A program made the position numbers and the translations under genes. Positions 50,406-62,412 of a DNA stretch of 64,000 bases are shown one piece after another; position 1 is the stretch's first letter, and every line of letters begins with the position of its first letter. Origin of the DNA: Carcharhinus amblyrhynchos (taxonomy: Eukaryota); assembly GCA_965287045.1 (NCBI GenBank), contig OZ336877.1:63798001-63862000 (forward strand). The letters are read 5' to 3'. Under the pieces are notes generated by a model. It had not been told where the DNA came from, did no database searches, and saw nothing but the letters and a program-made list of their open reading frames with translations.

Positions 50406-51540
50406 CCCGATTCTGGCCATTTCAGGTCCAATAGGACCTTACATTTGCTTACATTGGGTGCCATTTGTCACAGTTTTATCCATTCACTTAATCTATCTAT
50501 ACCTCTGTAATTGTATCCTCCAATCTACACTGCTCGCAATACCACCTATTTCATCAGAAAAGTTGGATATGTGGCTTTCTTTTCCACCGTCTAAATCATT
50601 ATTAAATACAGTGAATAGTTCAGGTCCGAATAAAGAATCTTTTGGAACACCCCTAATCATGTCCATCCAATTAGAATAACTTACCCATTGTTTCGACTAC
50701 TTGATGCCTGCTTTTCAGCCAATTTCGTAACCAATCCAATAATTTGCCTTCAATTCCCTGAGCTTCAACTTTAGTTAATCATCTCTAATGGGGAGTTTAA
50801 GAACATATATAGATGTTCCCCTCTCCACAATTTTTGTTTCTTCTTCAGAAGATTCAATTAGGTTTATTAGGCATGAACTACCCATGCTGACTTTCTCTAA
50901 TCAGCTGAATATTTTTAAGGTGTTCAGTCACACTAGGGCTTGATGATAGATTGTATAGCAATTTATTGACAACAGGTATTAGGCTAACTGCTCTTTGATT
51001 CCCTCTCTCACCTTTCCTAACATACCTTGTCCTTCCGTGCCTGCTGGGTACCGCAGGGGCTGGGGTGTGTTATAGACCCCGACAATCACATTTTGATTTA
51101 ATGTTTTAGTTTCCTTTCAACTTTGTTTTTTTGTTCGGGCCGTTCCCCCCTCCTTCCTTTTTGGGGGGCTGCCCCTTTTAATTTGCCCGTAAGTTAATTT
51201 GAGTTTGTTTACTTGTTTGGTGCCTTAAAAGAGCTCCTAACATACCTTGTGCAACTTTTCAATCTAAAGGATTGGTTCCTGAATCAAGAGAGCTTTAGTC
51301 AATTATATTGGGGCAGCTACTTCATTTAAGACCTTGTAATGGAAAACAGCTAATTTTGGATGTTTGTCACTCTTCAGTGCCATCAGCTCCTCCTTTATGG
51401 TAATATTGCTTCCATTAATTTTGGTGTGTCCCTATCCCTGATTCGGGATCAGTTTCCTGGGGATTTCCAGCATGCTGACCTCTACCTCTATATGATTATT
51501 CAGCACATCTATTACTTTCTTCATTTCATTGACAGTATCT
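50406..51540 (-). mobile_element. Old CR1 RT remnant hosting the full-length CR1; its other part lies at about 45885-46225
   Basis: Minus-strand GVPKDSLFGPELFTVFNNDLD resembles GVPQGSVLGP...INDLD; QRDLG motif near 46190 on the other side of the insertion. Confidence 0.7.
51031..51234 (+). mobile_element. Short 5'-truncated Tx1-like (L1 group) retroelement with a 16-bp TSD
   Basis: TCCTAACATACCTTGT at 51015-51030 and 51235-51250. Insert encodes FRACWVPQGLGCVIDPDNHILI* then a T-rich 3'UTR ending AAAAGAGC. Insertion is certain; family assignment is inference. Confidence 0.7.
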
Positions 51541-53244
51541 AGAAAACTGGTCTTCCAAATTAGCTATGTTCAAAATCAAGGCTCATCAGAATAATGATTG
51601 CTTCCACTTGCCTAGGTCCTGTGGAAACCACAGAACTCTCCATCTGTTCTTCCTCCCACAGCAAACAAGCTTTTAAACCCAATTATCAGTTTTCCACTTT
51701 CCTCTTGGCCTCTCTCTTTCTCCTCATACATTTACAATTACTTTTGTTTGAAAACTTGCTCCTTAGTATATTTGACATTGACAGACTTCCTCAAATGCAT
51801 CACAGAAAAAGCATGCAGGTGTTAAATGGATGCATTCATATACTGCTGATATTTTAGGCTGTATTCAAGAATTCAAAATCTTCCTAACTACAAAATTGTG
51901 TTGATATAATACGGAATAAAATTGATACTGAGGGAAGGAAAATCCGGGTAAAAGGCCAGGTAAGTACCCGCAAAAGCAGGGTTTTCTTTCTTGGGGTGGA
52001 ACAGGGACTGCAGATGATAACTGGAGTCTGGCTGCCTCCCTGGAAAGGGCTTGGAGGCAGCTGCGAGTCATTGGGTACAGAGGTGGTTTAAAAGACCCAC
52101 CCTGGTGCCTGCGACTTCATCTCAGATGTAATAAAACTGTAAAATAAAAAATAGCTCTCTGGCCCCCACCCTTCACACCTCCACACATCACATGGTCCAT
52201 CATAACCTCTTTGTCAAGATATGCCCCTCTACTAAACTTCATGGCTCCTCTGACCATCCATGCCATTCTATGCCCATTTATTCCCACACCCTTTATACCC
52301 ACCATGCCAAGCTGTTGCCTTTTACTCACATCCATGCCCCTCAGGCCCTCCAAATTACCTATAGCCCTCCTCCATCCAACTCCATAGCCCTTAGACACTC
52401 CATTCCAGCCTAGACCCCTCCACTCACCGCCCATGGTCTTTTATTATTCTCTGCCCATACTCATGGTGCCTCGCACCCTCTCATTCAAGCTGTGCTACTT
52501 TTCTCATCCACCAAGGTCCCTCTCGCCCTCCTATGCCAAGCTATATCCCTCCACCCTTTCCACTGGGCATCTTACACATTCCATTCCAAGTTATTACTCT
52601 GTATCCAATTCCATGTTCCTCATACCTTCCATGCTAAACCACATTGACTCCACCCACCCCTTGGTTCCTTATACATGCCACACCATTCTATTACCTACCT
52701 CCCATGACCTCTCACACCCTCTGTGAAAAATAATGGCTGGGATTCTCCCAAAAAAATTCGAAGTGCCAAATTTGCATAAAAATTGGAGTAAATCCTGTTG
52801 GATTTTTCAGCGGGATTTTCAAAATGAATTCCCCACACTCTGCACTGCACAGAGTCACACTGAAAATCCAAGGGCGGAGCCTATTCCTGCTGGAGAGACC
52901 AGCAGCATAGCGCTAGGTGGGTCACTGTGCATGCGCCGACTTATCATAGCAGAAATCGGTGCTTGCCCAGTAGCCCCACGCACCAGCCCCCGATGGCTGG
53001 ACAGTTCAATTACTGGCCAGCACAACAAACCTGCATCACTGGCCTCCCGGATGTCTCTGGGCAAGCCACAACTTCTTTCCCACCCCCCACTACCAGCCTG
53101 CCTCGATCTTCCCACTCTACCCCACCTCACCATCTGCAGCCCAGATCAGCCCCTTCCCTCCCTCCATCATGGATCCCTATACAAAGCAGCCCCCCCCACC
53201 CCCACTGATCATCATCACCACCCCACCCCACCCCCGACCCTGTT

Positions 53245-53785
53245 CTCCTGTCCACATGTCTGGTCTTAGCCTCTTGAAATGTTCTAGAAAACCCCAATGC
53301 AAACTGGAGGAGTAATACCTCATCTTCCAGTTGGGCATTTTGCAGCCTTCCAGACTAAACATTGAGTTCAACAATTTCAGAGCATGATCTCTCCCCTCCA
53401 CTTTCACCCTATTTCCTTTTATTTTATTTGTGGTCGGTGCAGACTCAATGGGCCTCTTTCTGCACTGTAGGGTTTCTATGATTCATGATTCTATTCACCC
53501 ATTTTATCCTTCTTTCTCACCTCTGTTTTTCCCCTTCCCATTCCAGCTCACCTTTACAATGCACCACCGTTCCCCAACCCCTCCTCTTTCAGGGCACTGC
53601 CACATACCTCAGGCAGCCCTTTAACAATGTGCACCTCTGTTCTGCCCAGCTCTGATGAAAGGTCATCCAGACTCAAAATATTTGCTCTATTCTCTCCCCA
53701 CAGGTGCTGTCAGATCTGCTGAGATTTTCCAGCATTTCCTGTTTTTGTTTTTCGATTCCAGCATCTGCAATATTTTGCTTTTATT
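53245..53785 (+). mobile_element. Penelope-like element 3' fragment: GIY-YIG endonuclease C-terminus and pseudo-LTR with decayed hammerhead
   Basis: KLEE*YLIFQLGILQPSRLNIEFNNFRA* resembles the PLE motif RKLEEQHLIFRLGTLQP.GLN; CTGATGA core at about 53652. Confidence 0.75.
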
Positions 53786-54768
53786 ACTTATAGTTTTTAC
53801 ATGCCCATTCACCCATAATATACGCTGTGCAGAACCAATGAACCCTATAGTAACAGTGTTACATGTGAAAAATATTTAACAAAACAGTCATTTTGTAATT
53901 GGGTAATTGAGAAATAAATCTAAGAGAAAAAGCTGTCAATTAAGTGATGTTTTCCCTTGGGTGCAGCTGTTTCAATGACTATCGGATGCCTGGGCTCTCA
54001 GCTAAGCCACAATATGCATTCTTAGCAGAGAGCCCAGACATCCTTTAAATTTCCATGCCCACTTTGCTAGGAGGCAAGCCTTCACAGGAGATTTGATTGA
54101 ATGAATGACTGGTACACTAAATTGTGCTAGAAGGGAAAAGGATGGGGTCCATCTAGGGGCAAAGAGGGGTTACATGAATTAACCATTTCCCATCAATTGA
54201 CTGTTAGAATAAAAACCCTTTTACTTGTACATATTTATAAGAATTAAATTCAAATATTTCTGAAAATTAGAATTTATTTAACGTAAAATAATTGCTAACA
54301 CTAATTGTTCTTTAATACAAAAACAAACGAGTGAAAAATTATTATGGCAAAGGACAAAATTTCCTTGCAGCAGTTGTTTTCTTTCAAATTGTGTGGATGG
54401 CGACAATGATATTTACCATTGGAAAAGTAATACTTCCAGAATAATCTTTTTTTGACACTTTCTAGTGGTAGGATTTGATTTGATTTATTATTGCCGCGTG
54501 TCAGGGTACAGTGAAAACTTGTCCTTTGCGCGCTACACAGACAAAACATACCATTCATGGAGTACATTGAAGGAAAGGAAAGGATAGAGAGAAAAGATGG
54601 AATTAGAGGGTATGCTGGGAACCTCACTCTGACTTCAGTAAAAATTATGGTTTTGCTAATCTAATTTGGCATTATTAGGGCTTATTGCATGAAAAATAAT
54701 TTTCCTTAATTTGCACTGTAGCCAGCTAATGCTGTCATTTGTTAATAATGAGCTACAATGTTTTACAG

Positions 54769-54849
54769 GTGTACAAAAAGAAGACTGAAGCTGCCAAAAA
54801 GGAGTATCTCAAACAATTGGCAGCTTACAGAGCCAGTCTGGTTTCCAAG
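54769..54849 (+). CDS. TOX: TOX coding exon (human exon 6 equivalent): end of HMG box, 81 bp
   Basis: ttttacAG acceptor, AAG|GTAATG donor. Translates [27 protein letters not shown]. Confidence 0.97.
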
Positions 54850-55763
54850 GTAATGCCCTGTCATACCAATATTTTCAGCATCATTCTTTCAAATGTCCTT
54901 CTTCCTCCCTTTCCACTCCTGCACTTAGAAGTTATCCTTTTAATTCCATGGGATCAAGAAAACCAAATTCTTTCCCTTCCTCCATTGCATGAGTTACTCA
55001 ATTGACACGTCGCTCTCATTGATAAACTACTGTTTGTTGTTTAGTTCTGTGCAAATATGACAAATATGTCTTCATTTCAATATGTATTTAGAGTCAAAGA
55101 ACAACATTTTTTGAGAGTTATGCACTTAACATAATTTTTAATTTATAATGATGTATAATTGTGCATCTTGGTATTTCTGTGTTTGTAAACAAATAATGTA
55201 TTTAGATTATATAGGCATCTGCTTGGCATGTTTAGTTTGTATCTTTAACTGTTTGCCAACAATAACTTTATGACTGACGAGATGGGCTGAATGGCCTTGT
55301 CCTGCTCCTATATCTTAGGATTTTATGTCACAGCATCTTGATTTTATATAGTGCTGTTAGTTCATCACATGTTTGCAAAGAGAAATAATGAAAAAAAACT
55401 TTAAAATTTTCCAAAGAAACATGATTGGACAAATAAATTAAAGTGAACTATCAAAGCTTTTGACAAAGGTATTGAGTACAGTTTGATGAATACTGCTTCT
55501 TGATGTATTCTGATTATTTTGGTTCAGTAGTGACTATAGTCAGGGAAGAGGAGAAGTACAGCATGACACATTTTCTATATCAGCCTCTTATACATTTAAT
55601 GCAATTTCTTTAAACGATCCCATCAATATAATACTGAAAAGTAATATCAGTGAAAGAAAAGGGAAAGTGCTGAATAATTATTTAAGAAAATCACCACTGT
55701 ATTTTGTCAGTAAATCCATTACTGCAAGCTAACAGTTAACTATCTTGATGATCTTCTCTACAG

Positions 55764-56168
55764 AGCTACAATGACCCAATTGATACAAAGACATCCCAGG
55801 CTTCCCAGATGATGAATTCAAAACAGCCAGTATTTTCTGGCCACTCACAGGCCCCGTCTCCAATGTACCTTGGTTCAGGTGCCTATCATCAACAGCCTGG
55901 CATGAACCCTCACATATCAACCATGCATCCTAACCTGTCTCGGAGTATTGCTCCCAAACCCAATGGGCAGATGCCAGTGACTGTTTCTATAGCAAATATG
56001 ACCGTCTCTCCACCTCCATCTCTTCAGATTAGCCCACCTCTGCACCAGCTATCCATGCAGCAGCACCAGCTTCACCAACAGCAGACTTCTGTTATGTCTC
56101 AGCAAATAGGAAACCACCAGCTATCAATGCAGGTTCAACCACCTCTGCACTCACCAACAATGCAGCAG
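55764..56168 (+). CDS. TOX: TOX coding exon (human exon 7 equivalent): P/Q/H-rich region, 405 bp
   Basis: ctctacAG acceptor, CAG|GTCAGT donor. Translates SYNDPIDTKTSQASQMMNSK...YHQQPGMNPH...IAPKPNGQMPVTVSIANM...LHSPTMQQ. Confidence 0.95.
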
Positions 56169-56539
56169 GTCAGTATATTTGTGTAACTAACATAAACCGA
56201 ATGATAAACTTTGTATTTAGTCTCCATATTAAATGTGAGGTTATATTGACTGATGTCAGAATGACAAGATAGCTCAAAACAATCAAGCTGTTCCATCTTG
56301 ATGATAAAATCGGTTCTAGTTGCTGAGCTTCGTTAACTGGTTTGTTAATTTTAGCCAGTTTGAAGAAAATTAAGTTGGTGACCATATTGTGGTGGCACAT
56401 ACCAATGGCAGAAAGGAGTGGGGTGAGAGAAAAGAGAATAGTCGATCTGCCTGGTAGCTTCAAATACACTTCTTACTGGGCAAGGATACTCAGAAACATC
56501 AGCTATTTAAATGGTAACAGTTCCCTAGATGAAGAAAGA

Positions 56540-57935
56540 TTCATGGGAATAAATCAGAGACACAAAGGAGGCTACTCAGCCCATCAATTTGCATGCTGGC
56601 CTTCTGCACAGCAATCCAGTCTGTCCCATTCTCCACTCTAGCCTTGTAAGCCTGCAAGTTTATTTTCCTCAAGTGGTCACCCAATTTCCTTTTGAAATCA
56701 ATCATTGTCCCAGCTTCAACCACCCTCATGGGTCCTGAGTTCGAGGTCACTAAATGTGCTGCACAAATGGTTTTCTTCTCACGTGAGCCCTTCAAGTCTT
56801 ACTCAAAACCTTAAATCTGTGTCCCATAGTTCTTGTACAATCACGTAATGGAAATATTTTTCTTTGTCTACCTTATATGGACCTGTCATAATCATGTAAC
56901 TTCTATCAAACTTCCCCTAAGTGTCAACTCAGCACTTTAGAAAGGTTCAGCATAACTTCCTTGCTTTTGGACTCAATGCCTCTATTTATGAAGTAAGCAT
57001 AGGAAATGCTGGAAAAATGGAGTAAGTCTAGCAGCGTCTGTGAAGAAAAAAAAAACGAGTTAACATTTTGAATCCAGTATGATCCCCTCCCAACTGGATA
57101 AAGGTAGAAGTGTGATGGGCTTATTGCAGTTGATAAAGGGGAGAACAGCAGGCAGAACAAAATAGGAGGTCAGGAATGGGTTGGAGGTTAGAAGAGATTA
57201 AATGACAAAGATGTCTTGGATTACTAGGCAAAGGGAGTGGGAATGATGATATAAAGATATCAGCTTTTCTCTTTCTCTGCTATTAAAACATTCGACTATT
57301 TTGCTTCCCGATATTGCTGATCTTTATTCTGCTATTAACAACTACACTGGACCGAAGTTTTTACAATCATTACCACGCCCTTTGCCTTGTGTTCCAATGA
57401 GGTACAACAGTCCTGCAGTCAAAAAAGCACTATTTACTGTAACTTGCTGTTTTCTGTTCTTAAGCCAATTTTTCATTCATGCTGACATTGACCCTACTAC
57501 TCCATGAGTCACAATTTTATTTCCTGCTTTTTATGTGGCATTTTGTCATACGTTTTCTTAAAATTCACATAGACAACATCCATTGCTTTTGCCCCATCAA
57601 CTTCATCAAAATATTCAAACAGATTAGTCAAGCGCAAGTTGTCTTTTACCAATCCCTAATGCCTATCCTTAATTAATTCAAATGTCTTCAATTGCCTGTT
57701 GATTTTCCCCTAATTATTGTTTCTAAAACCCTACCACAAATGAGAAACTCACTATCCTGTAGTTACTAGAGTATCCTTCATCCTTTCTTAAATAAGGGTG
57801 TCACATATACCACTCTCCAATTCTCTGGCACTGCCCCAATATCTAGAAAAGATTGACAGATTATGACCAGCTCTTCTACAATATCCATCCCCATTTTCTT
57901 TAACAACTTGGAGTATAAACCATCTGGACCAGGCA
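56540..57935 (-). mobile_element. Degenerate CR1, interrupted by a Penelope-like end at about 57000-57260
   Basis: PGPDGLYSKLLK...PENWRVVYVTPLFKKG and RVVEAGTMIDFKRKL. Confidence 0.75.
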
Positions 57936-60900
57936 GCTGCAAAAGCACAACCAGCTTTCCAGTACATCCTGCCTCTCCATTTTCAACCCATCCATCGCCT
58001 TTACCATCTCTTCTTCGAATGGTAAATGCCAAGAGAGAAGGGAAAACATAGATTTGTTGCATGTGGCCTTTGTGCATCATTTCCTTGATCACTAGAAGAC
58101 CTACAGGATAGCTTTTTGATACCACTCCAACATGAGCATTTTACTAATGCAAGCATTGACAGTGATTTGCAATAAGCTATTTAAATGTGGAAAGCATCAC
58201 AGTCCGACCTCTGTGCTTCCTTCATATATATGCAGATTCTAGCACCAGCCACTGAATGGCAATCATGTGCAGGAGCCCAGCTAATGTTCCCTTCCTTCCC
58301 CAGCCTAGGGCTGATGAGGTTGATTGCAACTTCCTAAACCTGGGGCCTTCTGGATTTTATGGCTTGGTGGTACAATACAAGGTGTACTTCTTCATTTAAA
58401 AAAAATCTAGTTTTCTAAACGTTAAACCTCTGTGGAAATTTTGGCTTTCAAAAGCAATTGCAGCATTATTCTTGACTCCAGTCATTTTCAATCATTATAA
58501 TTATATTGGATAAAAAGTCTGTTTTACAGCATGGTGTTGTTGAATATGCTCAATTTAACATGATGCAAGATATTTATTATGGGGCATTACTTTAGATTCA
58601 TAAATTATATCATTATATATGAAAAGGAATACTAGCTAAATTATGAATTACATAGTGAAAATCCTGGAGGGCTTTGTATGTACGCTTGAGAATACTCCAA
58701 ATCCAAAAACACTAAAAGTCGCAAGGCTGGAATATTTGTTCAGATAAACCAATCCTCCTTGTTATTCTGTTCACTGCAAGAGAAAGAATCTCCAAAAATG
58801 AAATCATTAATATCTGTCGACTTGCTGTATAACCTTGTGGAAAAATCTTTGTATGATATTACAAAGACAGATTTTCAATTTTCTCATGTAATAAACAGAT
58901 GTGTGTGGATTTGGATGTAATTTCAAGGTTGTAAAAAAAAACAAAATCACATTGAGATTGATGAATAAATCAACCAGGAAGACAAAAACCCTGATGCCTG
59001 ATGAAAACACCTCTTCAGATAGGCAGGAAATGAAATTAGTTCACAGTAAAGTGCAGAGATGAAGATCAGTGTTCTGTTTTGCTGCAGGCTTCATAAGACT
59101 TAGCACAGCAGCAGAGCAAATTGCTAGGACTCAAAAATCTAATTACAGAGCAAATGCCCCCTCTGACACCAAATTAATCTCTATCGCACCCCCCCCCCCT
59201 TTTTATTCCACTCTAGCACATGAAAATGAAATTTAAAATTCTAGGCATGAATGCCACCAATCACAGAAAAACATCTGGTAATTGTTGCTGCAGGATCAAA
59301 CTGTAAAATGTCCAGTATTGTGTAATTAGACTTCTTTGCATTAATTTTTAAGCTCAATTTATCTTTCATCAGACTTCATGAATGGCTGATAAAGAACAGT
59401 CACTGCTGTTTTCTTGGCACAGTATTCTACTTCAGCTCTCGTAATCTGAAGAGAGTTTTTGGACACAAACTGCATCCATTTCATTTGCAATCTTATCCGA
59501 GGAGAAATGGAAATGGGACCAAATTCAAATACGTAATTTGAATCTTGAGAGAGTGCAAAACAAAGAGTGAAAAATATAAAAGTATGCTCCATGTTAATTC
59601 ATATAAATTAAATTCAGAATAGTTTTCAGACATGGAATTAGAACATAACATTGGGCATTAATAGCCTTAAGAGTGGATTCTGTGGACTACAGTGAAATGT
59701 ATTTGGTTAGAAACAAAATTTCCTCTAGCAAATGCATTTATATATATCTTACATATAATTTCAAGATTTATTTCTGTACTGTTGAATACGCAGTTCTTCT
59801 GTGTTACGTGATGTATGTCATTCTCTTTTCATTAATGTTCTGCTTTCTCTGGAATTGCTTTTTTTGGCCTTTTTTTAGTATTTCTTTTCTGTGAACTTCC
59901 AACAAAAGCTGTGTTAGACTGAATTTTGGTTAGTTGAGACTCATGAAGATGAAAGAGAAGCAGATGGTGCCTTTGTGAGTGAAGGAAGGAGAGTAGTTTG
60001 GAGAACAATACATTAATAGATAGAGTTAAATAAAATACCCAGCCACCTGCTGCCTGCTCTTTCAGCCTGATCCAAATGTATGTTCCAGAGATTAACTTCC
60101 ATTGCATTTATATTTATCAAGATTAAAATAGTAATGACAGCTAAAAAAGACAATAAGCACTCCACCTCATCCTTTCTTCTCTCTTACTCTTGATTCAGCT
60201 CAAGTTCTTTATTGAACTACATGTCGAAACAAATGTATAAATGTTCCTGTATCATAAACTCCCAATATACATATTCTATTTTGATCTTTATTGACTTGAA
60301 ATGATCATGAGTATTAATTTTAGGTGTTACAGTAATTATCATCTATTTTAATTTGCAGGATTGCTAACTTTTGCACTAGAAGCACCAAACATTGTTAAAA
60401 GCAGCAAAAGGTTTCTCAAGCTTCTGTTCCTTTTTTTTCAGTTCCTTTTTTCCTTTTTCATTAGATCGCCTACCTAACAGATCACTTGTATTATCCTGGG
60501 AACAAGATTCTAGATCTCTGCCCATATGTTGTATCAGCATGAGAAAGTCGTACTCGACTTGCCACATTTTTCTCTCTATCGGGGGGTAGCTGGTGCCTGT
60601 TGGAATCAGGAACTCACTGCATAAATGAACTTTTATCCTATCTAATTGTGGCATATAAACTCCACACACAATGCAATAAAGTATATTTTATTTGCCAGTT
60701 GTTTCTACTTAGTCTGTTTATGAGCTTTTATCTTGTGAACAGCTAATTTGGCAATGGCAAAATTATGTCACTAAATTGCACATTCTGCCCAGGTAAAATT
60801 TGAATATAATTCTGCCCTTCGCCATGATAGTGAGGCTACATGTTGATCCACTTTCCTGTCACACCACTGCACAAATGCTGCCAGTACTAAATTGGCAAAT

Positions 60901-62266
60901 GCAATATAATTATGACATTAAAGATATAGGACGCATTAGAATAAATTAATTACATTTCCCCAACCTGTTACTTATATACTTCAGAGAATATCAACTTACC
61001 AGTACATTGCTGAAAAGTGTTGTTCATATTTATAATGGGCACATTAAAGAAAATACATCAACCCATTAACCTTCCTTTACACCAAACCACATTAATCGCA
61101 ACGTTGATCAGTTCAACGGATGGAAAAATACAGTGAGGAAGTGAATAAAAAGAGGATTAAAGAATTGAAGCATTAGCCCCAAATTTCCAGTAACCTGAAA
61201 GTTGGAAAGAGATGCTGTCTGGATAGATGGGGAGGGAGGGTGAAATTTGGGTCAGAGCCTGGTTATGGTGGATTACTAATCAGTGGATATTGTATTGATG
61301 TGGGTTTGGTGGGTAGTGCAGTGAACTGTTTTTTGAAAACTGGCCTCATTGGACAGTAGTAAGACTTAGCTATATTTTTGCACCTGTTGGGTTTGAGCTG
61401 TGGGTTCCACTTTTGCTGCAGATATATACTGCAAGTTCCTTCCCATCACTGAGCTCCCACTTCCAACCTCCACCCGAGATCTTTTGCATGATGTGGTCTA
61501 CTGCTTGGAATATATAAATACCGTACTATCCCAGAATATGGTATAAAATCAGGGAGGCACCTGCTTTCCAACATTTCATTTTTATTTTTTTAAACTTTTG
61601 CATTGTATATTCATCTGAGATCCAGTGAGGATAGAAGGCAAAGCTACATATGTGATGTCGTTGGTGTGTGGATTCTGAAAGGCCGCAATTTAACAGAAAA
61701 AAAATAACTATCATCCCAGCGTGAGCTGCTAGTTGGTTTATTCGGCATAACTGTTGTATTCATAACAGCCACCTGTTTTGTTACATTTTCCTGCTTTCAG
61801 GACTAAGTTGGAATTTTTAAATATTTGCCTTGACTAAAATGAATGAATTGCTTTTGGATTATGTCAAATATTTTCTCAGTGGCTAGGGACAATGGAATTG
61901 TACAGAATAGCAAATATAGTAAACCAATATGCTTTTGCTGGGATAACATCTAACATTAACGGCCCTTAAAAAGTAATTACAGGGTGTAAATAGCAAGCAT
62001 TTGAAGCTTCAAAGATCAGCATTCATTCAATAATCCACATGTCCTCCTGGTGTTGTAAAATATATTGTTGGTTAAAATGCAAAATTGATCTTTTTGTTTC
62101 TCTTCTCCCCTTCCACCCCGTCCCCCCCCCCACCCCAATCAGAATGATTATTTGTCAACATGAAGCTTTAGGATAAAAAAAATCTCAGTGAATTCACTTT
62201 TGATCTCATTCTTTTCATTGTTTCATGATTGACAACCTTGAAAATCCTTGTTATTTTCTGCTTCAG

Positions 62267-62412
62267 GGGTTCTTACAATCTGAGTTTCAGAACATAATCA
62301 ACTCAACATCTACAGCTGCACCTGTTGCTACTCCAACAATGGACTGTGTTCGTTCAGTTTGCCGAAATCTCCCACCACAGAGTGTGGACTGGAATGACTA
62401 CTGCAATAATGG
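62267..62412 (+). CDS. TOX: TOX coding exon (human exon 8 equivalent), ends in phase 2; terminal exon not seen in window
   Basis: cttcAG acceptor, GG|GTTAGT donor. Translates GFLQSEFQNIINSTSTAA...VRSVCRNLPPQSVDWNDYCNNG, similar to TOX GFTLQPDYQTIINPTSTAA...CRNPPPQPVDW. Confidence 0.9.

Noticed and set aside
52733-53269. 178-aa ORF
   Set aside because: Lies within a GC-rich non-autonomous repeat next to a Penelope fragment; no domain signature.
53645-53695. Second hammerhead ribozyme site
   Set aside because: CTGATGA is present but the GAAA core reads CAAAA; probably dead.
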